NCBI GenBank assembly: GCA_002069725.1
Contig: MWBW01000002.1
Coordinates: 11,225 to 75,224, forward strand
Reading direction: 5' to 3'
Source: Firmicutes bacterium ADurb.Bin248
Lineage (GTDB): Bacteria > Bacillota > Clostridia > Christensenellales > CAG-138
Length of the DNA stretch: 64,000 nt
Part shown: positions 18,159 through 32,343 of the stretch, one piece after another
Layout: each line of letters starts with the position of its first letter
How positions within the stretch are numbered: position 1 is the stretch's first letter
Notes under the pieces: model-generated
Told to the model about the DNA's origin: nothing
What the model saw: only the letters and a program-made list of their open reading frames with translations
Databases searched by the model: none
Translations under genes and position numbers: made by a program

Positions 18159-18441
18159 AATACACCTCGCTATTCGTGTAATTAGTGATTTCTATTGAAC
18201 AACAGCATCTGTATCTTCGCCTCATGTTTTTGTTATCATTATGTTGGATTGTTAACGATAAGTTTGATGTCTATTAGTTAAGGCGGCATATTGATACCTC
18301 CGATTCATTACAGTCGAATCGTTTATATATTGAAAAATTTTTATAAAATCATTATACTAAAAATTATAAATATGTCAATTTGTTATTTCCATAGAATTTC
18401 ACAGTTCATAAATTATTCAAAATGTTTTAACGCTCTCTCCG

Positions 18442-18509
18442 TTGTGCAAGGGACAATCCGTGGTAAAATATTGAATGCAAAAATGAGAACATTGGTTCTC
18501 ATGGGGAGG
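18442..18509 (+). promoter_or_regulatory. Candidate clpB promoter plus a 20-bp palindrome abutting the SD
   Basis: -35 TTGTGC (18442-18447), 16-nt spacer ending in TGg, -10 TAAAAT (18464-18469). ATGAGAAC-ATTG-GTTCTCAT at 18483-18502, then GGGGAGG. Confidence 0.4.
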
Positions 18510-18517
18510 TAAGTACG

Positions 18518-21104
<2,587 letters not shown>

Positions 21105-21115
<11 letters not shown>

Positions 21116-21135
21116 CAACTGATAATTGACAATAA
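21105..21135 (+). repeat. Three overlapping CAATTGACAA-family motifs containing the clpB stop codon
   Basis: TTGACAATTGACAACTGATAATTGACAATAA. clpB ends GTT GAC AAT TGA inside it. Confidence 0.9.
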
Positions 21136-21194
21136 AGGAACGGCCGCCGCGGGCGGGGAATTGCGGGGGGCGGCCCTGTGCGGCCGCCGTTCCT
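21136..21194 (+). other. Long GC-rich hairpin between clpB and the next gene
   Basis: AGGAACGGCCGCCGCG ... TGCGGCCGCCGTTCCT. 14 Watson-Crick pairs plus one G-T wobble out of 16 positions. No U-tract follows. Confidence 0.5.
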
Positions 21195-21211
21195 AGGGGC
21201 GGAGAGGCAAA

Positions 21212-21625
21212 ATGCTCAGGGAAAGGGCTGAAAAATACTACCTCGAAGGCGATTACAACTGCGCGGAGGCGATCCTGCGCGCGGCCAACGACGCCTGCGC
21301 GCTCGGCCTTCGCGAGGACGCGCTGCGGCTCGCGGGCGGCTTCGGCGGCGGCATGGGCCGCGGGGAAGCCTGCGGCGCGCTGTGCGGCGCGATGGCTGTC
21401 ATCAGCGCCGTTCTGATCGAAACGCGCGCGCACGCGACGCCCGGCTTCAAGCAGAAGTGCGCGGACTACGTCGCGCGCTTTGAGGGAAGGCTCGGCGGCA
21501 TAGACTGCCGCGACCTCAAGCCGAAATATGCCCGCGACGGCCGCCGCTGCGCCGACGCCGTGGCGCTGGGCGCGGAACTCTTGGAAGAATTCCTGCGGGA
21601 ATGCCATGTCGTTGTTCAACGGTAA
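21212..21625 (+). CDS. C_GCAxxG_C_C family protein
   Basis: 137 aa. YNCAEAIL.., GEACGALCGAMAV, and later conserved Cys residues. GGAGAGG SD. The last codons and the stop lie in the first REP unit. Confidence 0.8.
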   Translation: MLRERAEKYYLEGDYNCAEAILRAANDACALGLREDALRLAGGFGGGMGRGEACGALCGAMAVISAVLIETRAHATPGFKQKCADYVARFEGRLGGIDCRDLKPKYARDGRRCADAVALGAELLEEFLRECHVVVQR

Positions 21626-21820
21626 TAGGCGGCAAAGCAGGGGCCGATTCCATATCGGCCCCTGGTTCAACGACAATAGGCGACAAAGTAGGGGCCGATT
21701 CCATATCGGCCCCTGATTCAACGACAATAGGCGACAAAGCAGGGGCCGATTCCATATCGGCCCCTGATTCAACGACAATAGGCGACAAAGTAGGGGGCCG
21801 ATTCCATATCGGCCCTTTGA
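21615..21820 (+). repeat. Tandem array of four 51-bp REP-like stem-loop units
   Basis: Units start at 21615, 21666, 21717 and 21768. Each holds GGGGCCGAT-TCCAT-ATCGGCCCC (hairpins at 21640-21662, 21691-21713, 21742-21764; the fourth is slightly degenerate at 21795-21815). Confidence 0.95.
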
Positions 21821-21866
21821 CGTTTTCAAACGATCACGCGGGCGGATGATATCCGCCCCTGCGGCG

Positions 21867-24767
21867 TTAATTTTCCTCCGCCCGGATCAGCGCGCCGAAC
21901 AAATCCCGATTCGCCTTTAATTTCTCCGCGTTCCCGAACACGCACACGCAGTTTTTCGCGACGACGGCGTCGAACATCTCGCCCGCGGCGCGGAAATCCG
22001 CGACGCCCGTCGAGAGCAGTTCGTCGCGCTCTTTCTGGCGATCCTCGTGCGTGATGCCCGCGATGTGCCTTTTGACGGCCTCCTGCCCCTGCATGAAGGG
22101 CGGCAGAGGCGCGTCGAGGTCGGCGATGCCGCTGATGACGTTGTTCTCCACGTCGCTTTGCGTGAAGCCGGCCGCGCGCAGGTAATCCCCGACGCCCCTG
22201 TAGACGGCGAAGGTTTCCTTCAGGTTCGGGTCGCGGTAGCTCAGAAGCTCGAGTATGCCGTCCTCCGAGATGCGAAGCATCGCGCCGTACGCGCCGCCCT
22301 GCACGCGGATGGCGTTCCAGAGGTAACCGCTGCGGAGGAAGTTGCGCAGCGCGATCAGCTTTCCGCTGTAGGGGAAGCCCAGCTTCACGAAGTCGTAGGA
22401 CTGCGAAACATACTGCACCATCGACGCCGAGAGTATGCCCTCGTTGCGGATGCGCTCGGCAAACCCCGTTGCGCGCGCTTGTGCGCTCTCTTCCGGGAGG
22501 TTTTGCGTGAGTCTGTCCGCGTTGGCCGCGAACGCATCGAGCTGCTCCCTCTGCCCCGTGAGCGCGAGGGTAAGCTTTGCGCCTGCGAACAGCTTCCGGG
22601 CGAGCAGGCCGAGCCTTTGCGCGAGCGCGTCCGCGCCGCCGGGCAGGGATTTCGCCGCGCGCGCGACGTGCTCGTAGAACCCGAGCCCCGCCGCCGCGTC
22701 CATGACCGCGGCCTCCTCGTGATAATAGGAACGGTTGCGATAAGCCGCGTACTGGTAGGCGTTGTCCTGCAACTCGAGCTGCAGCGCGGCATTCAGGGTG
22801 CGCACGAGCTGCGCAAGGCGCGTCCGGTCGTCCGTATTCGCGCCCGTGAGGATGTCCTCCATGAGCGCAAGACCCTCGGGCAGTTTATCCGTCACGCAGC
22901 GCAGCGTTACGCCGAGGTAGGGATATACGTTTTGGTCCTTCCTGCGGATCGCCCTGCACTCCGAAACGATGCCGCCCGTGGATACGTCGATGTCCTTGGC
23001 GAGCTCCTCGAAGGAGCGGTTCTTCGTGCCGAGCTTGTCGAGAAGGTAGGCGAGAAGCGCCGCGTCCTTCCATTCCTCCTGAGAGAAACCGCCAAGATCG
23101 AACATCGCCGTCACATACGCGATGCCCGCCGTGAACGCGTCGTGCCAGAGAAGCTTGACTTTTCCGCATTCGCTCTCCTCGACGGGGAAGGGCGTCGCCT
23201 TCCTCTCGACGTCGGCGAGCGTCAGCCGCGGTATCGCCGCGAGCGCCTCGGGCGAATCCGGCGTCTGCTGCCATGCGCGAAGCTTTTCGGCGGCGTCCTT
23301 CACGCGCGCGAGCTCGGCCCCGCTCATTCCGGCCTTCACCTTTGCGAGGCGTTCGCGCTCCGCGGCCTCCTGCCGCGCGAGCAGGCCCTTTTCGGGCTTG
23401 AGCGTAACGAAGGCCGCGTTGTCGTTGTCCAGCAGATATTTTTCGATGAGGCCTTCGAAATAGCGCTTTCCCGCCTTCTCGCGTATGGCTTCGATCTCCC
23501 GCTCGTAGCTGAGGCCCGCGCCGATCTTCGCGCCGTAGTTCCAGTCCTGCAGCACGTAGATCGCGCTCATGATGCGCGCGTATACGCCGGAGAAGGAGGC
23601 CTCGCGCAGCGCGAAGTCCAGGCGGTTGACCGCGCCCTCGACGAGCCTGGGATCGAGTCCTTCCGCGACGAGCTTGCGCAGCGTTTCGTCCATGACGCAG
23701 CGGAACTTCGCCATGCCGTCCGCCTCCGCGCCGCTGAGCGTGATTTGCAGCATGCCCCAGAGCGCGCGCTCGGGCCGCGCCGTGACCTCGCGGCCGACGC
23801 CCGCCTCGAGCAGCGCCTTTCGCACGGGCGCGGCCTCGCCGCCGAAGAGCATCTGCGCGAGCATCATCACGCCCAGTTCCTCCTCGCGCTCGTTCGGGGG
23901 AAACACAAGGTAATTCGCCGACAGGTACGTCATGCCCGCGTCGTCCTGCTCCTCGGGGATGGCGTAGTCGAAAACGGCTTCGCGCGGCGCGGCGTGCGGC
24001 GCCTGCGGCTCGAGCAAGATCCGCTCCACGGGCTTTTCGTAATGCGAAAAATATTTTTCGTCTATGCAGTCCAACACGGGCTCTATGGGCATGTCGCCCG
24101 CGATCACGGTGAGGGAATTGCCGGGATGGTAGTATTTTTTATGGAAGGCGGCGAACTGCTCCTGCGTGAGGCCCGGTATGGCGTTTGGCGCGCCGCCCGC
24201 GTTGAAGCGGTAGAAGTTCGTGAAGAGCGTGCGCTGCACCGCCTCGGCGAGCTGCCTGTCGGGCGAGGACATCGCGCCCTTCATCTCGTTGTACACCACG
24301 CCGTTCAGTATGAGCTCCCCCGCGTCGTCCAACTCGTAGTGCCAGCCTTCCTGCATGAGTATCTCGGGCTTTTCGCGGATGCGCGGGTTCAAAACCGCGT
24401 CGAGATAGACGTCCATGAGGTTGTAGTAATCCCGAAGGTTGGGCGTCATGACGGGATAGGTCGTGAAATCCGTGCTGGTCATGGCGTTGAGGAAGGTGTT
24501 GAGCGAACCCTTCATCAATTCGACGAACGGCTCCTTCACGGGATATTTTCCCGAGCCGCACAGTACGCTGTGCTCCATGATGTGCGCCAGTCCCGTGTCG
24601 TCCGAGGGCATCGTGCGAAAGCCGATCATAAACAGTTTTTGCGGGTTGTCGTCCCCGATGTGGACGAGGGTCGCCCCCGTGCCGACGTGCTCGTATACGC
24701 TGAGTATCCCGTTGAGCTCCGCGATGTTTTCCCGGGAAATCAGCCTGAACGCCCCTTGCTCCGACAT
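21867..24767 (-). CDS. Insulinase-family metallopeptidase (M16C, PreP/CYM1-like)
   Basis: About 966 aa. The inverted zinc motif HIMEH sits in ..[14 protein letters not shown]... Start placed at ATG 24767 after GGGGGA. Confidence 0.9.
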   Translation of the reverse strand: MSEQGAFRLISRENIAELNGILSVYEHVGTGATLVHIGDDNPQKLFMIGFRTMPSDDTGLAHIMEHSVLCGSGKYPVKEPFVELMKGSLNTFLNAMTSTDFTTYPVMTPNLRDYYNLMDVYLDAVLNPRIREKPEILMQEGWHYELDDAGELILNGVVYNEMKGAMSSPDRQLAEAVQRTLFTNFYRFNAGGAPNAIPGLTQEQFAAFHKKYYHPGNSLTVIAGDMPIEPVLDCIDEKYFSHYEKPVERILLEPQAPHAAPREAVFDYAIPEEQDDAGMTYLSANYLVFPPNEREEELGVMMLAQMLFGGEAAPVRKALLEAGVGREVTARPERALWGMLQITLSGAEADGMAKFRCVMDETLRKLVAEGLDPRLVEGAVNRLDFALREASFSGVYARIMSAIYVLQDWNYGAKIGAGLSYEREIEAIREKAGKRYFEGLIEKYLLDNDNAAFVTLKPEKGLLARQEAAERERLAKVKAGMSGAELARVKDAAEKLRAWQQTPDSPEALAAIPRLTLADVERKATPFPVEESECGKVKLLWHDAFTAGIAYVTAMFDLGGFSQEEWKDAALLAYLLDKLGTKNRSFEELAKDIDVSTGGIVSECRAIRRKDQNVYPYLGVTLRCVTDKLPEGLALMEDILTGANTDDRTRLAQLVRTLNAALQLELQDNAYQYAAYRNRSYYHEEAAVMDAAAGLGFYEHVARAAKSLPGGADALAQRLGLLARKLFAGAKLTLALTGQREQLDAFAANADRLTQNLPEESAQARATGFAERIRNEGILSASMVQYVSQSYDFVKLGFPYSGKLIALRNFLRSGYLWNAIRVQGGAYGAMLRISEDGILELLSYRDPNLKETFAVYRGVGDYLRAAGFTQSDVENNVISGIADLDAPLPPFMQGQEAVKRHIAGITHEDRQKERDELLSTGVADFRAAGEMFDAVVAKNCVCVFGNAEKLKANRDLFGALIRAEEN

Positions 24768-25193
24768 AAAAAAGTCCCCCTTTGTTTCAGTAAGCCTTTT
24801 GCGGCGTTCCACAAAACGCGATTTTCAATATTTTACCACGCGCGCGGCTTTCTGGAAAGCGGCCGCCGAACGTACGACAAAAGTCGTGGATCGCTTCGCC
24901 GCGCCGGGGCGGGAGAACCGCGAAAAAACGCCGTTTATGCGCCGTTTTGCCGGCAGGGCGGCGTTCCCGCGGCCTTTGCGACGAATGCGCGCCGTTCAAA
25001 TACTATTTGCCCGCGCGGCGAAAACAATTCATCCCGGCACAGCGCGCGTTCGGACAAAAATACCTGTTTTGGCGCGTTTCTTTGCTTCCTTTTCACAATT
25101 ATTCCTTTGCCATTGGCGGCGTTTGTGGTAATATTATTAGGATTGCATTATGGATTAGTATGCGGCCGAAGGCTTGCATACGGGAGGGAAAGT

Positions 25194-27218
25194 TTGAGCA
25201 AAAAGATCAGAACGCCGCTTATCTACTTTGCTATCGTGCTGGTCATCATCATACTGATCACGCAGCTTCAGCAGCAGGACACCGAGGACAAGCTCATCGA
25301 ATACGCCGAATTCATAGAGCTCGTCCAGCAAAAGCAGGTCGAGGCGGTCGAATTTATGGACGGGCAAATCGTAGGCATAAAGGTCGGCTCCGAGAACAAG
25401 GAATCCTTCCCCAAGCGGTTCGACTTCTATTTCTATGCTTCCTCGGAGGAAGCCTTCCTGAAGGACATGAACGTCATCGCCGCTGCGGAAACCGGCAAGA
25501 GCGTCGAAGAGGTGACCCAGCGGGAATACAGCTTCAAATACACCTACAACCCGCCCAGGGAGCCCTCGGTTTTCGAGGCAATGCTGCCGTACCTGCTGCT
25601 TTTCGCGGCGGTCGGCGTGCTGTATTACTTCATGCTGCGCTCGCAGAACGGCGGCAACAAGGTAATGAGCTTCGGCAAGAGCCACGCGCGCACGCAGCTT
25701 GATCCGAACAACAAGACCACATTCGACGACGTCGCCGGCGCGGACGAGGAAAAGGAAGAGCTCCGCGAGGTCGTGGAGTTCATGCGCTCCCCGCGCCGCT
25801 TCACCGAAATGGGCGCGCGCATACCTAAGGGCGTGCTGCTCGTCGGCCCTCCGGGCACGGGCAAGACCCTGCTCGCAAAGGCCGTCGCGGGCGAGGCGAA
25901 GGTGCCGTTCTTCTCGATTTCCGGCTCCGACTTCGTCGAAATGTTCGTGGGCGTGGGCGCGAGCCGCGTGCGCGACCTGTTCAACACCGCAAAGAAGAGC
26001 GCGCCCGCGGTCATCTTCATCGACGAGATAGACGCGGTCGGCCGCCAGCGCGGCGCAGGCCTCGGCGGCGGGCACGACGAGCGCGAGCAGACGCTCAACC
26101 AGCTTCTCGTCGAAATGGACGGCTTCGCGGTCAACGAGGGCATCATCGTGCTCGCGGCGACCAACCGGCCGGACATACTCGACCCCGCGCTGCTGCGTCC
26201 CGGCAGGTTCGACAGGCAGATCACCGTCAACTATCCCGACGTGAAGGGCCGCGAGGAGATACTCAAGGTGCACGCGAAGGGCAAGCCCTTCGGGCCGGAC
26301 GTCAGCCTCGGCGTGCTGGCCAAGCGCACCGTGGGCTTCACGGGCGCGGACCTTGAAAACGTATTGAACGAGGCGGCGATACTCGCCGCGCGCTTTAAGA
26401 AGAAACACATCACCATGATCGAGCTTGAGGAGGCCATCACGCGCACCATCGTCGGCCCCGAGAAGCGCAGCCGCGTCATCACCGCGGAGGATAAGCGGAA
26501 CACCGCTTACCACGAGGCGGGGCACGCCATCGTCGCGCGGGTTCTTCCCAACTGCGATCCGGTGCACGAAATTTCCGTGATTCCGCGCGGCATGGCCGCG
26601 GGCTACACCATGACTATGCCCGACAAGGACGAGCACCACATGACGCGCGGCAAGCTGCTCGACCGCATCGCGGAGCTCATGGGCGGCCGCGTCGCCGAGA
26701 GCGTGATGCTCAGCGACATTTCGACGGGCGCCTACAACGACCTGCAGCGCGCGAGCGAGATCGCCCGGAAGATGGTGGTCGAATACGGCATGAGCGACGT
26801 GATAGGCCCCGTGTTCCTCGGCGGGCAGACGGAGGTATTCATCGCCAAGGACTGGGGCCACCAGCGCAACTATTCCGAGGAGGTCGCCGCCCGCGTGGAC
26901 GAGGAGATCCGCCGCATACTCGACGAGCAGTTCGAGCGCGCGCGCAAGGCGATCCTCGACAACAGGGAGGCGCTCGAGCGCGTCGTTAAGGCGCTGCTCG
27001 AATACGAACGCATAGACGGCGACGAGTTCGAGAAGATATTCAACGGCGAGGAGGTCCAGATCGAGACCTTCACCGAGCGCCGCACCCGTCTGCAGGCCGC
27101 CGATCCCGAGGTCGAAGCCCGCCTGAAGGAGCAGGAGGCCGAGGAAAAGGCCGACGGGAATGCCGCCGACGAGGATGCGCCGGAATTTCAGGAAGAGGAA
27201 ACAGAGGACGAGGAATAA
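25194..27218 (+). CDS. ftsH: ATP-dependent zinc metalloprotease FtsH
   Basis: TTG start 5 nt after GGGAGGG. N-terminal TM helices, AAA module [18 protein letters not shown], zinc motif HEAGHAI. The upstream part of ORF 22047..27218 is antisense read-through. Confidence 0.93.
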   Translation: MSKKIRTPLIYFAIVLVIIILITQLQQQDTEDKLIEYAEFIELVQQKQVEAVEFMDGQIVGIKVGSENKESFPKRFDFYFYASSEEAFLKDMNVIAAAETGKSVEEVTQREYSFKYTYNPPREPSVFEAMLPYLLLFAAVGVLYYFMLRSQNGGNKVMSFGKSHARTQLDPNNKTTFDDVAGADEEKEELREVVEFMRSPRRFTEMGARIPKGVLLVGPPGTGKTLLAKAVAGEAKVPFFSISGSDFVEMFVGVGASRVRDLFNTAKKSAPAVIFIDEIDAVGRQRGAGLGGGHDEREQTLNQLLVEMDGFAVNEGIIVLAATNRPDILDPALLRPGRFDRQITVNYPDVKGREEILKVHAKGKPFGPDVSLGVLAKRTVGFTGADLENVLNEAAILAARFKKKHITMIELEEAITRTIVGPEKRSRVITAEDKRNTAYHEAGHAIVARVLPNCDPVHEISVIPRGMAAGYTMTMPDKDEHHMTRGKLLDRIAELMGGRVAESVMLSDISTGAYNDLQRASEIARKMVVEYGMSDVIGPVFLGGQTEVFIAKDWGHQRNYSEEVAARVDEEIRRILDEQFERARKAILDNREALERVVKALLEYERIDGDEFEKIFNGEEVQIETFTERRTRLQAADPEVEARLKEQEAEEKADGNAADEDAPEFQEEETEDEE

Positions 27219-27226
27219 CGAACAGC

Positions 27227-27293
27227 GGGCGGCCGCATAGGGCCGCCCTTACTGCATGAGGGGATTCCGCGATGCGGGATCCCCCTTCTTTTG
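27227..27293 (+). terminator. Two hairpins after ftsH; the second is a Rho-independent terminator
   Basis: GGGCGGCC-gcatag-GGCCGCCC (27227-27248). GGGGATTCCGC-gat-GCGGGATCCCC (27260-27284) followed by TTCTTTTG. Confidence 0.7.
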
Positions 27294-27307
27294 TCCATTG
27301 TCAATTG
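27294..27307 (-). repeat. CAATTGACAATGGA motif 4 nt after the ileS stop
   Basis: The minus strand reads TAA tcgg CAATTGACAATGGA. This 14-mer is identical to 11122-11135. Confidence 0.9.
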
Positions 27308-27311
27308 CCGA

Positions 27312-30449
<3,138 letters not shown>

Positions 30450-30451
30450 AC

Positions 30452-30700
30452 TTCCTCCCCAAAACAAAAAATAGCGCGCCCCTGCACGGGACGCGGATTC
30501 GCGCGGTACCACCCGAGTTGGCATAAACATGCCCTCTCACGCGCTGTAACGTGCGCGCACGGCGGGGCTTACGCAGCGAAAATCGCCTTCGGCCTCCGCG
30601 CTTGCGGGCGATGCGTGTTTTCCGTTTCCCGCCGCGCTTGCACCCTCCGCGGCTCGCTGTGGGGCGTTGAAAAACCGTGTGTCCCGCTCAAAGCTTTACT
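30452..30700 (-). ncRNA. T-box riboswitch leader (probable Ile specifier AUC)
   Basis: The minus strand contains the T-box sequence AACTCGGGTGGTACCGCG (30519-30502). It is followed by terminator GCGTCCC-gtgca-GGGGCGC TATTTTTTG. Stem I elements AGCGAG...GGGTGCAAG and an ATC triplet lie in ..CACGCATCGCC... A TTGACA/TATAAT-like promoter is upstream (30739-30700). Confidence 0.8.
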
Positions 30701-30938
30701 GAATTATCATTATATTATGCACCAGGCGGGAATGTCAACATCGGCCGGCGCGCTCAGAACAGCTCGTCCAGTAATATATAATACCGGATCTTCTCCCAGT
30801 CCGGCCCGATGCCCATCTCCTCGAACAGCATACGCACGTCGACGCCGCCGTAGACCCTCCCGCCGTACGCCCTAGCGCCGTAATCGTAGCCCGACCCTAA
30901 ATCGGCCTGCGATTCCGACGGTCGCAGTAGGCCCGACC

Positions 30939-31619
30939 CTAAATCGGCCCGCGAATAATCGATTCCATATTGGTGAATTCATAGCCGTTCTTTAGAATTC
31001 TGAAGCCGGTCGGATCATTTCGCCAGTTCGCGGGATTATCGTCTATGTAGCGCCATATCTTCCGGTATTCCTGCTCATCGCGGATGATGTGATCGTAGTA
31101 AGAGCGTTGCCAGATTTTTTCATAAAAAGGCGGCGCAATTCCCTCATTAACTAATTTGATATATTCGATTGTTGAATGCCGTTTGAACGCCTGTATGATG
31201 TTCGGAATTGTCGCCGTAGCCGTAGGGACCGATTCTATATCGGCCCGTGATTCCTTATGGATTACGATGATTGCGTGCAGATGATTTGGCATGATTACAT
31301 ATTTCGGGCATTCAACGTCAGGGTATTGACGAAGGGTTTCCAAAAAGATGGTTTCGATCATGCGTGCGGGTATTGTATCCGTCATGCGAGAAGACCCGGT
31401 CTCGCCACAAACGTCATCTGCGCCGGGCGATATGGAATCGCGGGCCAATATGGAATCGCGGGCCGATATGGAATCGCGGGCCGATATGGAATCGGCCCCT
31501 ACGAGGGGATTGCCGAACAACGGTTCGCGATGATTGGTGCATATCGTGATAAAGTACGCGCCTTTTTTGCTGTAATCGTACTTGCGCATCCGATTTCGTT
31601 TTCGACGAGGGAAATCCAT
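30939..31619 (-). CDS. REP-associated tyrosine transposase (RAYT; IS200/IS605-like Y1 HUH family)
   Basis: KYDYSKKGAYFITICT N-terminus, HUH motif MPNHLHAIIV, C-terminal IWQRSYYDHIIRDEQEYRKIWRYIDDNP (catalytic Tyr region). Start uncertain (ATG 31619 or 31589). Confidence 0.8.
   Translation of the reverse strand: MDFPRRKRNRMRKYDYSKKGAYFITICTNHREPLFGNPLVGADSISARDSISARDSILARDSISPGADDVCGETGSSRMTDTIPARMIETIFLETLRQYPDVECPKYVIMPNHLHAIIVIHKESRADIESVPTATATIPNIIQAFKRHSTIEYIKLVNEGIAPPFYEKIWQRSYYDHIIRDEQEYRKIWRYIDDNPANWRNDPTGFRILKNGYEFTNMESIIRGPI
31221..31252 (+). repeat. REP copy inside the RAYT CDS (same orientation as the 21.6-kb array)
   Basis: GTAGGGaCCGATTCtATATCGGCCCgTGATTC compared with array unit GTAGGGGCCGATTCCATATCGGCCCCTGATTC. 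Encodes ESRADIESVPT on the minus strand. Confidence 0.85.
31428..31499 (-). repeat. Four tandem 18-bp REP half-units inside the RAYT CDS (opposite orientation)
   Basis: The unit CGATATGGAATCGCGGGC occurs three times, then CGATATGGAATCGGCCCC. The full hairpin GGGCCGAT-ATGGA-ATCGGCCC lies at 31478-31498. Encodes GADSIS(ARDSIS)ARDSILARDSIS in frame. Confidence 0.9.
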
Positions 31620-31668
31620 ACTGCCACCGCCTGCTTATTCGGTTCCATATCGGCCTGCAACTCTTTCT

Positions 31669-32343
31669 TCACGCCCGCGCCTCCACGTTTTGCTGTATTC
31701 CCTTCAGCGCCCGGGCAAACGCGCGTATTTCCTCCGGCCGGTACGGCGCGAGCTCCCCGAGGTACGCGCGGTCGTCCGGCTGCTCGCGGTAGAGCTGCAG
31801 CGCCCAGCGGGGCAGGGGAGGGACGGCCTCGGCCATCCCCGTCAGTTCCCGTATCGTGAGCTGCGGCACGACGGTCGTGCGCAGTTCGAACGCGACGCCC
31901 GAGGCAAGCAGCAAATCTATGCTCTCCCTTACGCCCTTGGGCGGCGCGAGGCAGAGCGGGGCGTATTTCTCAAAAGGCGCCTTGTAATCCATCGCGACGT
32001 AATCGAGAAGACCCGCGCACAGGAGGTTCGAGAGCACATCCGGCCGCGAGCCGTTGGTGTCGAGCTTCGTGGCGTAGCCGAGCTTTTTCGCGCGGTTGAG
32101 CCACCAGGCGAGATCCTTTTGGAGCGTCGGTTCCCCGCCGGAAAACACGACGCCCTCGATGAGCCCCGCGCGCCGCTCGAGGAAGGCCGAAACCTCCGCT
32201 TCGGGCAGAAGCGGAGGATGGTCGAGTATGGTTCGGTTGTGGCAGTAGAAGCAGCGGTAGTTGCAGCCCGCCGCGAAGATCACGGCCGATAGCTTTTTCG
32301 GGAAATCGAGGGTGCTGCTCCTCTGAAGTCCGGCGATGTTCAA
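31669..32343 (-). CDS. nrdG: Anaerobic ribonucleoside-triphosphate reductase activating protein
   Basis: Radical SAM motif CNYRCFYCHN. The TTG start (32343) overlaps the nrdD TGA stop (ATTTGAAC). The rest of ORF 31669..33147 overlaps nrdD out of frame. Confidence 0.85.
   Translation of the reverse strand: MNIAGLQRSSTLDFPKKLSAVIFAAGCNYRCFYCHNRTILDHPPLLPEAEVSAFLERRAGLIEGVVFSGGEPTLQKDLAWWLNRAKKLGYATKLDTNGSRPDVLSNLLCAGLLDYVAMDYKAPFEKYAPLCLAPPKGVRESIDLLLASGVAFELRTTVVPQLTIRELTGMAEAVPPLPRWALQLYREQPDDRAYLGELAPYRPEEIRAFARALKGIQQNVEARA

Larger units (their letters stand above)
30886..31656 (-). mobile_element. REP/RAYT locus: RAYT-like transposase gene flanked and interspersed by REP-derived sequences
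   Basis: The left flank carries two copies of GTAG(G)CCCGACCCTAAATCGGCC (30886-30955). The right flank carries GGTTCCATATCGGCC (31640-31656). Internal REP copies lie at 31221-31252 and 31428-31503. GC content is lower than in the surroundings. Confidence 0.75.

Noticed and set aside
18159-18517. CIRCE (TTAGCACTC-N9-GAGTGCTAA) or a CtsR heptad-repeat operator upstream of clpB, and a small HTH partner gene for the DUF2975-like protein.
   Set aside because: Neither consensus is present. The only ORF here (18291..18512, 73 aa) is AT-rich and low-complexity, with no HTH character and no SD.
21615-21820. Possible CRISPR array (regularly spaced palindromic repeats).
   Set aside because: The 'spacers' are themselves repeated almost identically in every unit. 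The period is 51 bp with no unique inserts. No cas genes are nearby. The hairpin is tied to a RAYT transposase, so REP array is the better call.
22047-25193. Upstream 1049 codons of the 1723-aa plus-strand ORF that ends as FtsH.
   Set aside because: This part is antisense to the M16C peptidase gene and crosses an intergenic region. Recognisable FtsH sequence and a GGGAGGG SD begin only at the TTG at 25194.
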